A stretch of 64,000 bases of DNA from Octopus bimaculoides (taxonomy: Eukaryota): positions 30,757,630 to 30,821,629 of the forward strand of contig NC_068995.1 of the NCBI RefSeq assembly GCF_001194135.2. Reading direction: 5' to 3'. Shown here in pieces: positions 38,801-51,259 of the stretch (the first letter of the stretch is position 1; every line of letters starts with the position of its first letter). Under the pieces are notes generated by a model, which was not told the DNA's origin, made no database searches, and saw only the letters and a list, made by a program, of their open reading frames with translations. Position numbers and translations under genes: made by a program.

Positions 38801-39269
38801 GGGAACGAAGTCAAATTTTATCTCCTCTTAAGTTATATAAATCAATAAATTTGAAGACAGATAGTTGGATACTTAGTGTACTTTAACACACCTACATATT
38901 TTTATGCGTATTATTTCAATGTCTTTTTCTTTCTGAATCTTTCCCTCCTCTCTAAAGGTCTCCTAATATTAAGGTTTACTGATGAATGAAGAAGATTGTA
39001 CTCATTGTATGACATTTATTCATATATTTAAAATTAATATTTATCATTTAGTAACCAAATCTTAATTCAAACACATACACAGGCATGCATAATAAATTCA
39101 CGCACATACGTGTATTGTTTTACGGTATTAGGCATTGGCCGGGAAATAGAGCCCTGTGTTCGTGGCCAACAGGTTGAATAAGAATCATGATAATCCTCCA
39201 TGAATGTATCATTTCTAAATACAATGTTCATATTATTTATTACAGAGATAACAAGGGGCTTGATTTTTT

Positions 39270-39615
39270 CACTTCCGAAAGTTTGCTTCCCAACTACATG
39301 GTTCCTGGTTCAGTACCACTGCGTGGTACCTTGGACAAGTGTCTTCTACTATAACCTCGGGCCGATCAAACCCTTGTGAGTGGATTTGATAGATGGAAAC
39401 TGAAAGAAGCCTGTTATATATANNNNNNNNNNTGCACATCACTGCTTGACAACCTTGTTGGTGTGTTTACGTCCCCGTAACTTAGAGGTTCAGTAAAAGT
39501 GACTGATAGAATAAGTACAGTTTTTAAAAAAGGAACTGAGGTCGATTCATTCGACTAAAAGTTCTTCAATTCAGTGCCCCAGCATGGCCACAGTCTAATG
39601 ACTGAAACAAGATAG
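39270..39615 (+). mobile_element. SINE family A copy (also a 5' half at 59405-59570 and a 3' half at ~26030-26140 minus)
   Basis: tRNA-like head, CCTTGGACAAGTGTCTT, GGAAACTGAAAGAAGCC, central microsatellite/gap, CAGCATGGCCACAGTC..GAAACAAG end. Confidence 0.8.
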
Positions 39616-40289
39616 ACTGTGTACCTGTGTGTATCATCTGTCTTCAAATTTTCCATTTCGCATTCAAAAATATGGATATGTGTTTATCCACAATATTCTA
39701 CATATTACTGTACATTTGTTGTAGGTGTGTTTAAGTCTAATGTTTATATGTATATGTGTGCATTTGTTCACTGTTGAGAATATGTGTGCTTGAAATGTGT
39801 CGTGTTTGTATCCTGCATGTCTCCATCTTTTTGGTTTTTCAGTAACTTAATACTGACAGGGATCGCACACTTCCTGTAGATTGCATTTCCTCAGTACAAA
39901 CAGGATCTCCCTTGCTGAGGCAGAAATTGCGTGGATCCATTGAATTAGTTTGTTGAGCTTGCATCCCCCAACCTCCCGCAATTCAAGACTGGGATTTTTT
40001 ATCATTGAGGTTTACTCCTCTAGGTATGTTTGGTTCATTTTTATATCACAGCTAACCTTCATATCTGAAAGCCTTTCCCTTGTCTGCCATCTGGGGACCT
40101 AGTGGATGGAAGTTTTCTCCACACTGGGGACTGCCAGAAGATAGTTTGACTCAGTCCTCCCTACCAACTGTCTTAGGGGCCTTCTTTTTGAATTCTCTGT
40201 AGGGATTTACTCCCTTAGTCTTTCACACTCCTGTGTATATAAGCAGAAAATAAAGAAAAAATACAGTGGTATATAAGAGAATATAAAAA

Positions 40290-41710
40290 GAGAGAAGAGA
40301 AGAGGTGCAATCTGAATGAAATAATACTGGATTTTGCGAATAAGGTCTTGCAGAACCAAAGAAATCCAGAGTAGTGGTCCAAGATTGACTTGATCCCAAA
40401 ATCAGGAAACCTCAGCAATGAAAGTAACTACAAAGAAATTGCACTGTCCAATATCTCGGTGAAAGTCATCATCCGAATGATCCTCAGCAGGATTCAACTG
40501 GTGCTTGATAGCCATCTGAGAGCAAATCAAAATGGATTTAGACTAGGGAGATCCACAACACCTGAGGCATGTCATAGAAGGAGTTAAATCAAGACAGCTA
40601 CTTGCTATTATAACCTTCATAGACTTCAGCAAAGCATTTCACAGCTCCATCATTACAAAATGTTGAACAGCCTTCAAGAATATGGCATTCCTGAAGAACT
40701 TGTTCTTCTCATTGCAAAGACCTATGGGAAGACCAGAGATCATGTTGTCATCTGACGGAGAAATGGAATTCTTTCAAATACTAACTTGGATGCTACTAGG
40801 AGATACGCTTGCACCTTACCTGTTTGCAGTTGTATTGGATTATGCAATGCAGTAGGCTATAGACAACAGTCATAAAGACCTTGGTTTCGCCATAGACCAG
40901 CAAAGATCAAGAAGAGTACCAGCAATAACCATCACAGACCTGGACTTCACAAATGATACTGCACTCATATCTAATGAAATAGATTGAACACAACAGCTAC
41001 TCAGTAGAATAGAAACATCAACTGCTAAAATAGAACTGCAAATGTCAAGAAAACTTAATATATGTCTTTCAACCAATCAAGAGATGCTGAACTGTTTTGA
41101 ACAGTTCCAAATTGAATGTTGCTGAAGACTTCAAGTATTTAGGTAGTTGAGTGATCAGTTCAGAAGCAGACATCCAGATCGGGAAGGCACAAGCATGGGC
41201 AGCTTGTTACAAATTAAAGAGGGTCTGGAGCTCCAAATTGCCAGGCAAATCAAAATCAAGCTGTTCATTGCAATTGTCGAATCAGTGCTATTATATAGCA
41301 GTGAAACATGGACACTGACACAGAAATTATCAATTGGGCTAAATAGATGTTACACAAGGATGCTACAAATGACCCTAAATGTGAAATGGCAGTAACATAT
41401 GACAAATGAATGCCTTTATGGAGATCTGCTAAAAGTTAACAAGAAGATCAGGCAAAGACAGCTGCAACTATCTGATCACTGCATGTGCCACCCTGAACTG
41501 GTACCATTCAGATTAGTCTTGTGGAACCCACTTCATGGTTATGTAAGAAGAAGGATACCTCATCATACTTATATCGACAACTTGATTGCAGACACTGGCC
41601 TGGAATGTATCCAGGATCTAAGGGCAATGATGATTGGCTAAGAAGTGTGACAGGTGGACTTTGTTGCTGCAGCCTGGGTTGAAACCTGGCCATAATGATA
41701 ATAATAATGT
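40290..41710 (+). mobile_element. 5'-truncated decayed RTE/RTEX-like LINE with (TAA)n tail
   Basis: IPKSGNLS..NYKEIALS..RANQNGFRLGRSTT, DFSKAF, DTLAPYLF, FKYLGS, ESVLLYSSETWTL; many stops. Confidence 0.85.
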
Positions 41711-42719
41711 CACCATGTTAATTTCTGTTATATTTCTATTATTCTTGTTGTTGAAAAAAAGTAAAAAGCAAAATTTTTCTGGTTTGAGGTTTCTAGAGTG
41801 AAGATATGTTCTGGTGTCAAAAGGGCTCATGTTTAAAAGTTCATTTGTCAAAACGTTTTTGCTTTACAATGGACTGATTTTGCAAAATTTGCAATACACA
41901 TCAACTTAAATACAGATTCCAAATTCTAACAGCGTGTTTGTGCATGCATGTGTTGTATTAAATACATAACAGTGTATTTAATACATACCACTTTATAAAT
42001 ATTTTCCATATTTTTGTGTGAGTTTCTAACAGGTTGTTTAGAACAGTTCTTAAATCAATCATCATCTTTTCTTGACCTTCATAGACTCATCTTCAGGATG
42101 AAGTGAGATCTTGCTTCTTTTTACAATAGGCACAGGCGATGTGATTAATGTAAATATTAGCGCCAGAATTTTTCTTTTGACCGTTAAATATTTTAAGAAA
42201 TCAAAAGAATTGTTGGAAAATATAATAACAAGAATGATTACTATTTAATTTTTTCCCTTTTATTTACTAAACACTACAAAACAATAATCCTCTTCCTATC
42301 CTTTTGGTAGAATAATACAATAATAATTTCATTCCACGTGGTTTATGAATATAAGTTTGGGATACAATAAAACTCAATACAAAATATAATAACAGAACTT
42401 AATTTATCAAAGCGATGTTTACATAAATGTGCTTATGAGAATATGCATTGTTATTTCCATGTTGAGCAATATATAAATATACATAGATACTTGTTTTACA
42501 GAGTCAGTGAAATAAGATGTTGCCAAGTCAAATGTGTGTAAGTTAATAAGAGATCATCAGTAAGAAGAAAGGTCGGATAAATGTACAAGTGATGGTAGGG
42601 GTTTTCCTATCAAGACTACACCAAAACGAATGTCTAGCTAGGAGAGAAGGGGGGAAGTAGTAAATAAAATAGCTTACCACCGCTGTTGGTGACCACTAAG
42701 AGATCCAGCACAGAGAGCC

Positions 42720-45700
42720 GTTTTAACGCCAGAGGATTATACATTTAAGACATGACGCGGATAAAATTGTAGAAAATGATTGCTGTCAGATACATGCGTG
42801 TCGACCTGAAACGGATAAGAAAAAGCAAAAACGAACGTCAAGACTGAATCCATGTTATGGGTGCGGAGGTTCACATTTTGGAAGTACTTGTCCTTTTTAA
42901 AATCGTAAATGTTTTGAGTGTGAAAAAATCGGACATAAGAGCTCACATTGTATAGCGAAACAATAAAAAAAGGGTAAAAAAAAAAAATTCTACAAGGAAT
43001 GTAACAAAAATTTTAAGAGAGACTCAGAAAAGAAAATTTGTGTCCATAAAAATGAATAATGTGAATATCACGTTACAATTGGACACCGGCAGTGATGTCA
43101 CGATAATTAACATAGATACATGGAGAAAAATAGGGAAACCTAGATAAAAGGAAACTTCAAAAATTGCACGAGGTGTTTCAGGAAAAAAATTGCATTTTGT
43201 GGAAAAACTTTGAAAGCCAAAGTTTTTGTGTTGACAAATACAACAAATTTATTTGGAACAGACAGGATGGAACTATTTAACTTGTGAGATTTTCCCATAT
43301 ATATTTTTTGTGAAAATGTCAATAGTTCTTCCTCCAGTACAAGTAAAGCGTCGGAGGATTTTAAAAAAGAATTTTTTAAATAATTTTCCCGAAGTTTTTT
43401 CTGATGAATTGAGTCTTTGCACCAAAAGAGAGACGAAGTTTCAAGTAAAAGAAAACGCTATACCGGTTTTTAAACCAAAACGAACGGTACCTTTCGCAGT
43501 ATTAAAACAAATCAACGAAGAATTGGATAGACTTGAAAAGCTTGGCGTTATGAAAAAATGATAACACAAAATGGTCGTCCCCAGCAATTTATGTCAAGAA
43601 AAAAAATGAGATCCGAGTATGCGCTGATTTTTCAACGGGATTAAATGAATGTTTGATGCCATATAATTACCCGTTACTAAATCCGGAGGAAATTTTCGCG
43701 AAGTTAAATGGAGAAAATTTTTTTTCAAAGTTGGACCTATCTAAAGCATATTTGCAGGTAAAAGTCGATGAGGAATGTTCAAAAATATTGACAATAAATA
43801 CCCATAAAGGATTGTATAAATTTAATCGATTCCCCTTTGGTATAAAGGTAGGACCTAGCATTTTCCAACAAGCTATGGACATTATGCTCGCAGGTTCGGA
43901 TTTCGCTGTAGCTTACCTTGATGACATACTCATAAAAAGAGAATCTCGGGGTCAGCATGCTGAGCATGATAAAAAGGTCTTCGAAAGAATAAAAGATTAT
44001 GGGTTTAAGCTCAGCGAGGAAAAGTGTGAATTTTTTATGCCAAGAATAAAATATCTAGGGGCAGATTATTGATGAAAATGGACGCAGACCAGACCCGTTT
44101 AGGGCGAGTACAATAAAAAATATACCTGCCCCAACAAACATTACAACGTTACAAGCATTTTTAGGGCTCGCAAATTATTACCTGGGATATGTAGTGAAAC
44201 TACCTAACGCCATTAGATACAAAACTGCTATCGCCATTCTTTTCATTTAAATATAAATAAACGCGGGCGTAGCAGAGAACCCATTCCTTGTCATCACGTG
44301 ACTGATTAATATTCGAAGCGGCAACTTCTTCGAACCGTTCCCGCCAGAACGCAAACTGACCAATCACAGCCCTTAATAAGGTCACGTGATAGTGTTTTTC
44401 TGCTACCGTCGTGGAGCCCTCTTAACGCTTTAAATAGAGCAACTCATACCCAACAAATTGGTCTCGGTTCAGTTTCTCTTAGAGACTGTTCCGTGTACCA
44501 CACGACAGCAGCAGCAACAATCAGCCAGCGACCACTTCAACAGCTTCGTCCAGCCACATCAGCAACATGAGTCTACGACTACTGGCCAGCATCATCGTCA
44601 TGACCAACACGATTACTACCAAGCAGCCTCTTCACCACCAGCGTCTACACGACTTACTATGTACACCAAATTAAACCACCGCGGCACATCTCTCTCTCTT
44701 CGATTCTGTTAGGTGACTCAGCTTCACCACGATAAATAAACAGACAAGAGATCTCAGCCAGCGACGAACATCTGTATAACAAGAATCACGGCCCGGCATC
44801 GATGCCATGACATCACAACTAGTGATCAGCTCTGCCACACACAGCCAACTCACTTCACATACAGACTCATACTATTGTGTACACAAGAACTGGTATAAAA
44901 TGCTCACGTGTTATTGACTCTCTTTCTATCTGCTGTAAACACTACATACTTTTCTTTGTATGACGGCCTGTCTTTGATTATGTTCTTATATGTCGCATTC
45001 ACACTTTCACATAGATATACATCTTTAACGCTACAATAAATATCTCTGTTATTCATCTTATACGGTTGTGGTCTTTCATTACTGGTCATCTATGTTATCG
45101 TAGCATAACATCATGTATATCATCTCTGATATATATTATTTTGTTGTTCGACCGTGCGACACGTTTAAATAAAAGGAGTCCTCTGTTTTTCCATTCGTCA
45201 CCATTTCTCCTTTTTGAGTTCGCACGGTCGTTCCTTACATATACATACCGAATATGCACGATTTAAAAGCACCCCTGAATAACTTGTTAAAAAAAGACGT
45301 CAAGTGGAACTGGTCAGACAAATGCTAAAAATATTTTGAAATTATAAACGTCTTAACGCCGGAATTGTCGTTATCACATTTTGACCCGAATTTAGAAAGA
45401 GTGGTGGCAGCAGATGCTAGTGAAGGTGGTATTGGAGCTGTGATTTTTACACAAATATGGAAATGGTAGCTTGAAAGCAGTAGCTCATGCTTCGCATTCA
45501 TTATTGTAGGCTGAGAAAAGTTACAGTCAAATACAAAAAGAGGCATTAGCCATCATATTTGCGGTAAAAAAAAATTCCATAAATTTATAGCTGAAAGAAG
45601 GTTCCGTCTGCAGACAGACTACCGCCATTATTGTCGATCTATGGATAAAAAAAAAAGGGTATCCCTAAACATACAGCCAACAGATTGCAGCACTGGAGAA

Positions 45701-47283
45701 CGATCCTACTGAATTACGACTTGAGAATGGAGTATTTGCCATCGAAAAAATTGGGACATGCAGATGATTTGTCAAGGTTAATACCAAAATACAGTGAACC
45801 ACTAGAAGACAGTGATAGCGGCGTTAAAAACCGAAAAGGAAATAGAAAATATATTGTGAAATGTTGTGCGTGGATTGCCTGTGACATTGGAGGAAATAAA
45901 AATTAAGGCAGAGATGGACGAGTTTATCATAAAAATGGGGAAAAAATAATGAGATCAGAAGAAACAAATAAAAAAAGAATATGTGTAGCTGGACGTAACA
46001 CAGTTTCGAATTTGTGTTCGATATGTGATAATGTGCTTATGTATACACAGAGGGTCGTAATGCCTACCACACTACAAGGTCGAAAGTTAAAGGAATTCCA
46101 CACTGGACATCCAGGAATTTCTATGATGAAGTCGCTTATGAGGAATAATGTTTACTGGTCAAAAATAGATCTAGATAATGCGCAGTTGCAAATCTTGCAG
46201 CGAAATCACCACCAATAAAATTTCAACCTTGGCCTAAGAGCGATATTCCATGGTTCAGACTACATTTAGACTTAACAGGACCGTTAAACTGATCATATTA
46301 TCCAGTAGTGGTAGATAGCCTTACTAAATGGCCAGAAATGTGCAAATGTAGAAAATAGACATCCACGGTAACAGTGGAATTTCTACACGAACTTTTTTGC
46401 TCGGTATGGTGTCCCGGATACCATAGTCTCCGATAACGGTACACAGTTCACGGTGAATGAATTTAAGAATTTTTGCAAGATGTACTCAATTGAACATATT
46501 ACTACTCCTCCGTATCACTCAAGATCAAACGGGCAAGCAGAAAGAGCATTAAAGAAATCAAGAAACGAGCTAGCCGATGACGCAGCATTTTCTTTCAGGC
46601 AAGTCGCCGGCGGAACTAATGTTTACTCAAAAAATAAAGTTAATTTTGACAAGCTGTTACCAGTTAGAAAAACAAATAGGGAAAACACTAAATATACGAC
46701 AAAGCATTTTAATATCGGTGACAAGGTGTTTTTCAAAATATATAAAAATGGAAGACGGAGTAGTAGCAAAACGAAAATGTAAAATGACATATATGATAAG
46801 AGGCGAAAAATGGGAACACAAAAGACATTTAAACCAGCTAAAAAAATAGATATACAGAAAATAGAAGAGATACCCATGGAAGTGTTCTGTGACACTTTTG
46901 ATGTTCCAACACCACAAGAAATCGAACCTAGGCTTAACAGCACAAGAAAGAGGAAACAAACAGAACGGTTGGAAGTTGTGCCTAAACGGAAGAAATATTA
47001 AACTTCCCTAGGAGAAAAATCTCAAAAAAGGAGATGTAAAGAAAAAAAATAAATAAAAATGATAATATTAACTTCCGAAAGAAGTCAATCTCAAAGGGGG
47101 AGATATTGTGGCGAGAGCCATTGACACCCCAGGGAGATTGGATGAATGGACTAGCCGAGCTCTTATAAAGAGTAGCGTATTGGTTGAGACAAGAGGTTGG
47201 GAGGAGAGGGCATTTTGTTTGTCTCGCGGTGTCGTGTGAACACATTGATTTTACCTCCGCATCGTTAAATTATACATCCAACA
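42720..47283 (+). mobile_element. Decayed Ty3/Gypsy (Mag-like) LTR retrotransposon
   Basis: Two gag knuckles (CYGCGGSHFGSTC, CFECEKIGHKSSHC), protease LDTGS, RT with YLDD, RNase H ADASEGGIGAVI, integrase HTGHPG/YHSRSNGQAER, PPT AAAGGGGGAGA then a putative 3' LTR TGTGG...CA at 47107-47283. Confidence 0.92.
44190..45239. mobile_element. 1050 bp solo LTR inserted into the Gypsy pol
   Basis: TGTA...TACA termini, 4 bp TSD GATA/TATA; removing it restores FLGLANYYLGYIPNMHDLKAPL in frame. Confidence 0.85.
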
Positions 47284-47718
47284 TTTGTCTAGGATATAAA
47301 AGATAGTCAAGGCATTATTTCCGCCTCTCACTCGAAGCTGATCTCTTCTGTTAGTAATGTAATTACAAACGACGTTCGTGTCTAGCACATCACTTTACAC
47401 TACTAGCAAGCCACAATTAAAATTGCATACATTGCGATAAACTTCGATAAAAATATGTTATTTCAACAACGTTCGGCATTGGTTTATAATGGGACACACG
47501 CAGCTGAACTTAATACCAATCAATAAATACCCATTCAACCTGCCCGACAATTGTGACGCCTGAAGTCCACTGCCTATCCTCATACCAATGTATAAACACT
47601 CATTAACTAACACGATAATGTTGGCCGCGGTGCTCAGCCAGCATAACAAAACGATAACTCTGATTCACGACGGCCAGCCGGCAGAAAAAAAACAAACTCT
47701 TAGATTGGAAACTGACAC

Positions 47719-48493
47719 TACGAGGAGATGCTGAAAAGTTTGTAGCAAGCCTGTTCACAGTTTACCCACATTTTGGCTCATCATCATTGTTTTCTGCAGA
47801 CGGTCACACGACCATACCCGTTGGTGCCGATTGGAAGCTTTAAGTCAACCTATCAGACCACTTGCCCGACCAGAAAAGTGTGGTCTGTTTGAACCAACCC
47901 TTAGCTATTTAAGAATGCTTTTTCCCTCTATTTTCTTCAATGAAGTGGGTCGTCACGATGGAGTTCGGATGTTTGGTATAGAGCAAGTTTTATTCCGCTA
48001 TGCACTACCAGTGAGGAGAGAATTGCCAGCAGGGATTTTTGTCGCCATGCTTTGTGTTTTTCTCGCGCACAGCCTCATGTTCAAGCTGCACGCGGAACCA
48101 ATGTATTTTTATTAACAAAATTATTCATGTGTACCATTTGCTGTATTTTCCTTTAGCGGCGAAATAAATGTGGCAGTCAACTTTAACTTGTGTCTTCGTA
48201 TATCTTGACGCGCTTTATCATGACTCGTTCGAAACCAGAAGATTATATTACCAGGGCCTTAGCCACATTCACTCTTTACCACCACGCTAAAACTTCTTGG
48301 CTTTAACGGTATCTCGAAACGTCTGGTTGGAGGCCCACCCTTCCGAGTTCTTTTGCAAGCTTAGAAAAAATGAAGGACTGCTGCAGTAAGTGTGTCAATC
48401 TGAGAAGAAAATATGTTGAATAAAATCATAATTAATTGATCCTCCTGTATTTTCTTTTACCTAAAATTAGGAACTTTTCAGCACCCCCTTGTG
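47719..48493 (+). mobile_element. Internally deleted mariner-like DNA transposon
   Basis: TIRs TACGAGGAGATGCTGAAAAGTT / AACTTTTCAGCACCCCCTTGTG; C-terminal remnant LEKMKDCCSKCVNLRRKYVE-stop. Confidence 0.7.
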
Positions 48494-49042
48494 GGAAAAG
48501 TAGTCAATGCAAGCCATATTCAAAATCAGTATTTTTCCAGGAAGTGAATCGACGACTAGTCTATGCGAAATAGCAGTTAATACAAACAATTCATAGACGA
48601 AGAAGACTATTTTTATAATTCATGGTATCGAAACAAACTTCATTCAAAGCTGTTTTTTTTTTTTAAGGTGGTTGCAGAAGCAATCAGTATTTGATTTTTC
48701 TTTTTACTTTCTTTTTGCTACGAAATGTCAACTCCAACCGCTTTTACTGGGGCCACAGCCAATCCATGCAAGCTGCATTGTCCTATTCTATATCACGCTG
48801 TACAAGTGATGCAGTGGTGTGATTTGCACATGTAGGGATTTGAACCCCAAACGCGAAATTACTAGTTTGATGTCATGATTGAACCGTATCATAAGCACGT
48901 GGAAAACCTAAAAATCGACTGATTAGTTTGAAGCTGTGTCGTATGTTCTTTTTACTAGTTAAGCAGTTTGGTGTCGTCTAAATCACGGCATAGCGCTGTT
49001 GGCAATTCAAGCAGGAAAAATTTTGGCTCTCACCAAACAAAC

Positions 49043-49075
<33 letters not shown>

Positions 49076-49429
49076 CCTTTAACAAGTATCGACAGACTCA
49101 TATCTTTTTCTCTCTCACTTTCTAGATAGCAAATAGCCAAGCAAATATAGTTAAATCAAAACCTACATCTTAGTTACCAGTGGGGATTTGATAATTTATA
49201 TATGTATACACCCCTAGCCTTCCCTTGGAAAAGTTTCCTGACATCACTCGCACTGCGTTCAGTGATAGGAAGCATGTACACTCGGCGACGCAGCACATAT
49301 TCACAAAAGATCTTTATGTTTTTGCGCGACCAAAATAAACTGAAAATTACGAAGTATGAATTCGGCCACATATTGGAACCTGGAATAACTCCACCATTCT
49401 GGCTCCTCTGCTGCACATAATTCTAAAGA

Positions 49430-50730
49430 AAACTGGCGAAGATTGATGACCTTGTGAAGATTATAGATTAAATGCTTTAACTGTTCCGGATAGGTATCCT
49501 ATTCATAACATTCATGATTTCTGAGCTTCTTTATATAGTTGTACCGTTTTATCCAGAATTTCCTTAGTTTGCGCTTATAATCAGATTGTCAAAAATTACT
49601 GTAACTACCTAAACGATTTATATATAGCAAATAAATGAGAGGAAGAAAATATAATTAATTGAAATAGCCCTTTATTTCACTGTCATCGTTTCAATATCGA
49701 AAACAAATTTTTCGAGCTGTTATTGTTTTCCATTCTGTAGGTAGTTAAGTTCATCTTTTTTTGACCGCTAGGAGAACGAATGGAAGAAATAAAAGAGTAA
49801 AATAATCTACCTGTGTTGACTAGTAGAGAGAGTGAAAGTTGTGTAGTCCCTCCTATGAAGTGTTTCTTCCGTCGGCGCCAAAATGAAAGAAGGAAGAACT
49901 GAATTTGGGTTCCATATTTATATTTTCTCTAAATTAGGTCATGCTAAACAAAGGATATTTCATGTCTTATCCGCCTTAACTGAAGTTACTCTCGAATTGT
50001 TACAGTTAAAGAATAGAACTTATCCAAGTTGATAGTTGACCCTCATAAATTTCCTAGTGTAAAAGCCGAGAGCAATATGAAACGAATCCGAGAAAAATCT
50101 AGGTTAGATTTCGAATCTTGGCTAAGAATCTAAGAAGCTATTCGTTCCTACGTCGTCAAAGGAAGTTGCGAGAGTTCCTCGGCTTTATAAACTTCTATAG
50201 GTGGTTCATTTCGCACTGTACAGAGACCATTTATCCGTTAGCGGAATTACTACATAATCGTAAACGGAAAAAAGGTGAACATCTTCTTTCCAACAGAATT
50301 ACAACCTTTTAACGACATAAAAGAGAAATTAACTAAAGTTACCCTATTAGTCCACCCGATACCAGATGCACTTTTGTCCCTTGTGATAGATGCATCTAAC
50401 GTAGGAATTGGTGGAATGCTGCAACAGTTTGTCCAGAATTCTTGGCAACCTCTTCCTTTCTTCTTGAAGTGTTTGGAGTCGTCCGAAACAAGATAAAGTA
50501 TCTTCAGGTGCGAATTGTTGGCCGCTTTTTTGTCAGTAAAACACTTTCATCATTTCCTGAAAGGAAGAAGCTTTATTATTTATTTTGATCATAAGCTATT
50601 AACTTCTGAGTTACGGTCCAAAACGGACAAATATTCCCCACTGGACATCAGACACCTTGATTGTATTTCACAATTTACTGTGAATATGCGTCATATCAAT
50701 GGTTCTAAAAATTGTGCATCAGATGGATGA
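49430..50730 (+). mobile_element. Decayed Gypsy (CsRn1-like) RT/RNase H fragments
   Basis: DYRLNALTVPDRYPI, LREFLGFINFYRWFI, IDASNVGIGGMLQQ, ELLAAFLSVKHFHHFLKGR, DHK. Confidence 0.85.
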
Positions 50731-51259
50731 TCAATTAATTTCGGACTCTTTTGGGCAAACATTTGAGCATGATTTATTGTGCTGTATTAGTATGAAATGA
50801 TGTTCATGCTTTGCAATTCATATATAGAAACAGTAAGGTAGAAATAGCATTATATGATATGCAAAGACAATGTCTATTTGAAGTTTAAACATATTAAGCA
50901 AATATACAGATGCCTTGTCATGTCAGTTTCTTCGATATCCTCGATTGAATAGGCAGCCATTAAAACAGCTATATAGAGAGTGTGCAATTTGAAGTTTAGC
51001 CCAAGATACTCTGAAATTGGCGAAAGTAGAGAACATCATACCGGCTCGGACGTCTACAACACTGCAAAGCGCGGAAAATAATTCACATTATTTATAGGCT
51101 GTGTTTGTGGAAAGTTCTAGACGAGTTAAGGAACTATCAAATGAACAACAGGGTTACGCACATGACCAAACCGTAATTGAATTGTGATTTGAAAGTCATA
51201 CAGGTATTTGGTGGTAACCTTGAATGAAGCTGACTTTCGAGAAAATTGAGCACCAGGCT

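Noticed and set aside
49027-49073. Long poly(A) as a retrocopy tail
   Set aside because: No recognisable upstream coding sequence or TSD.
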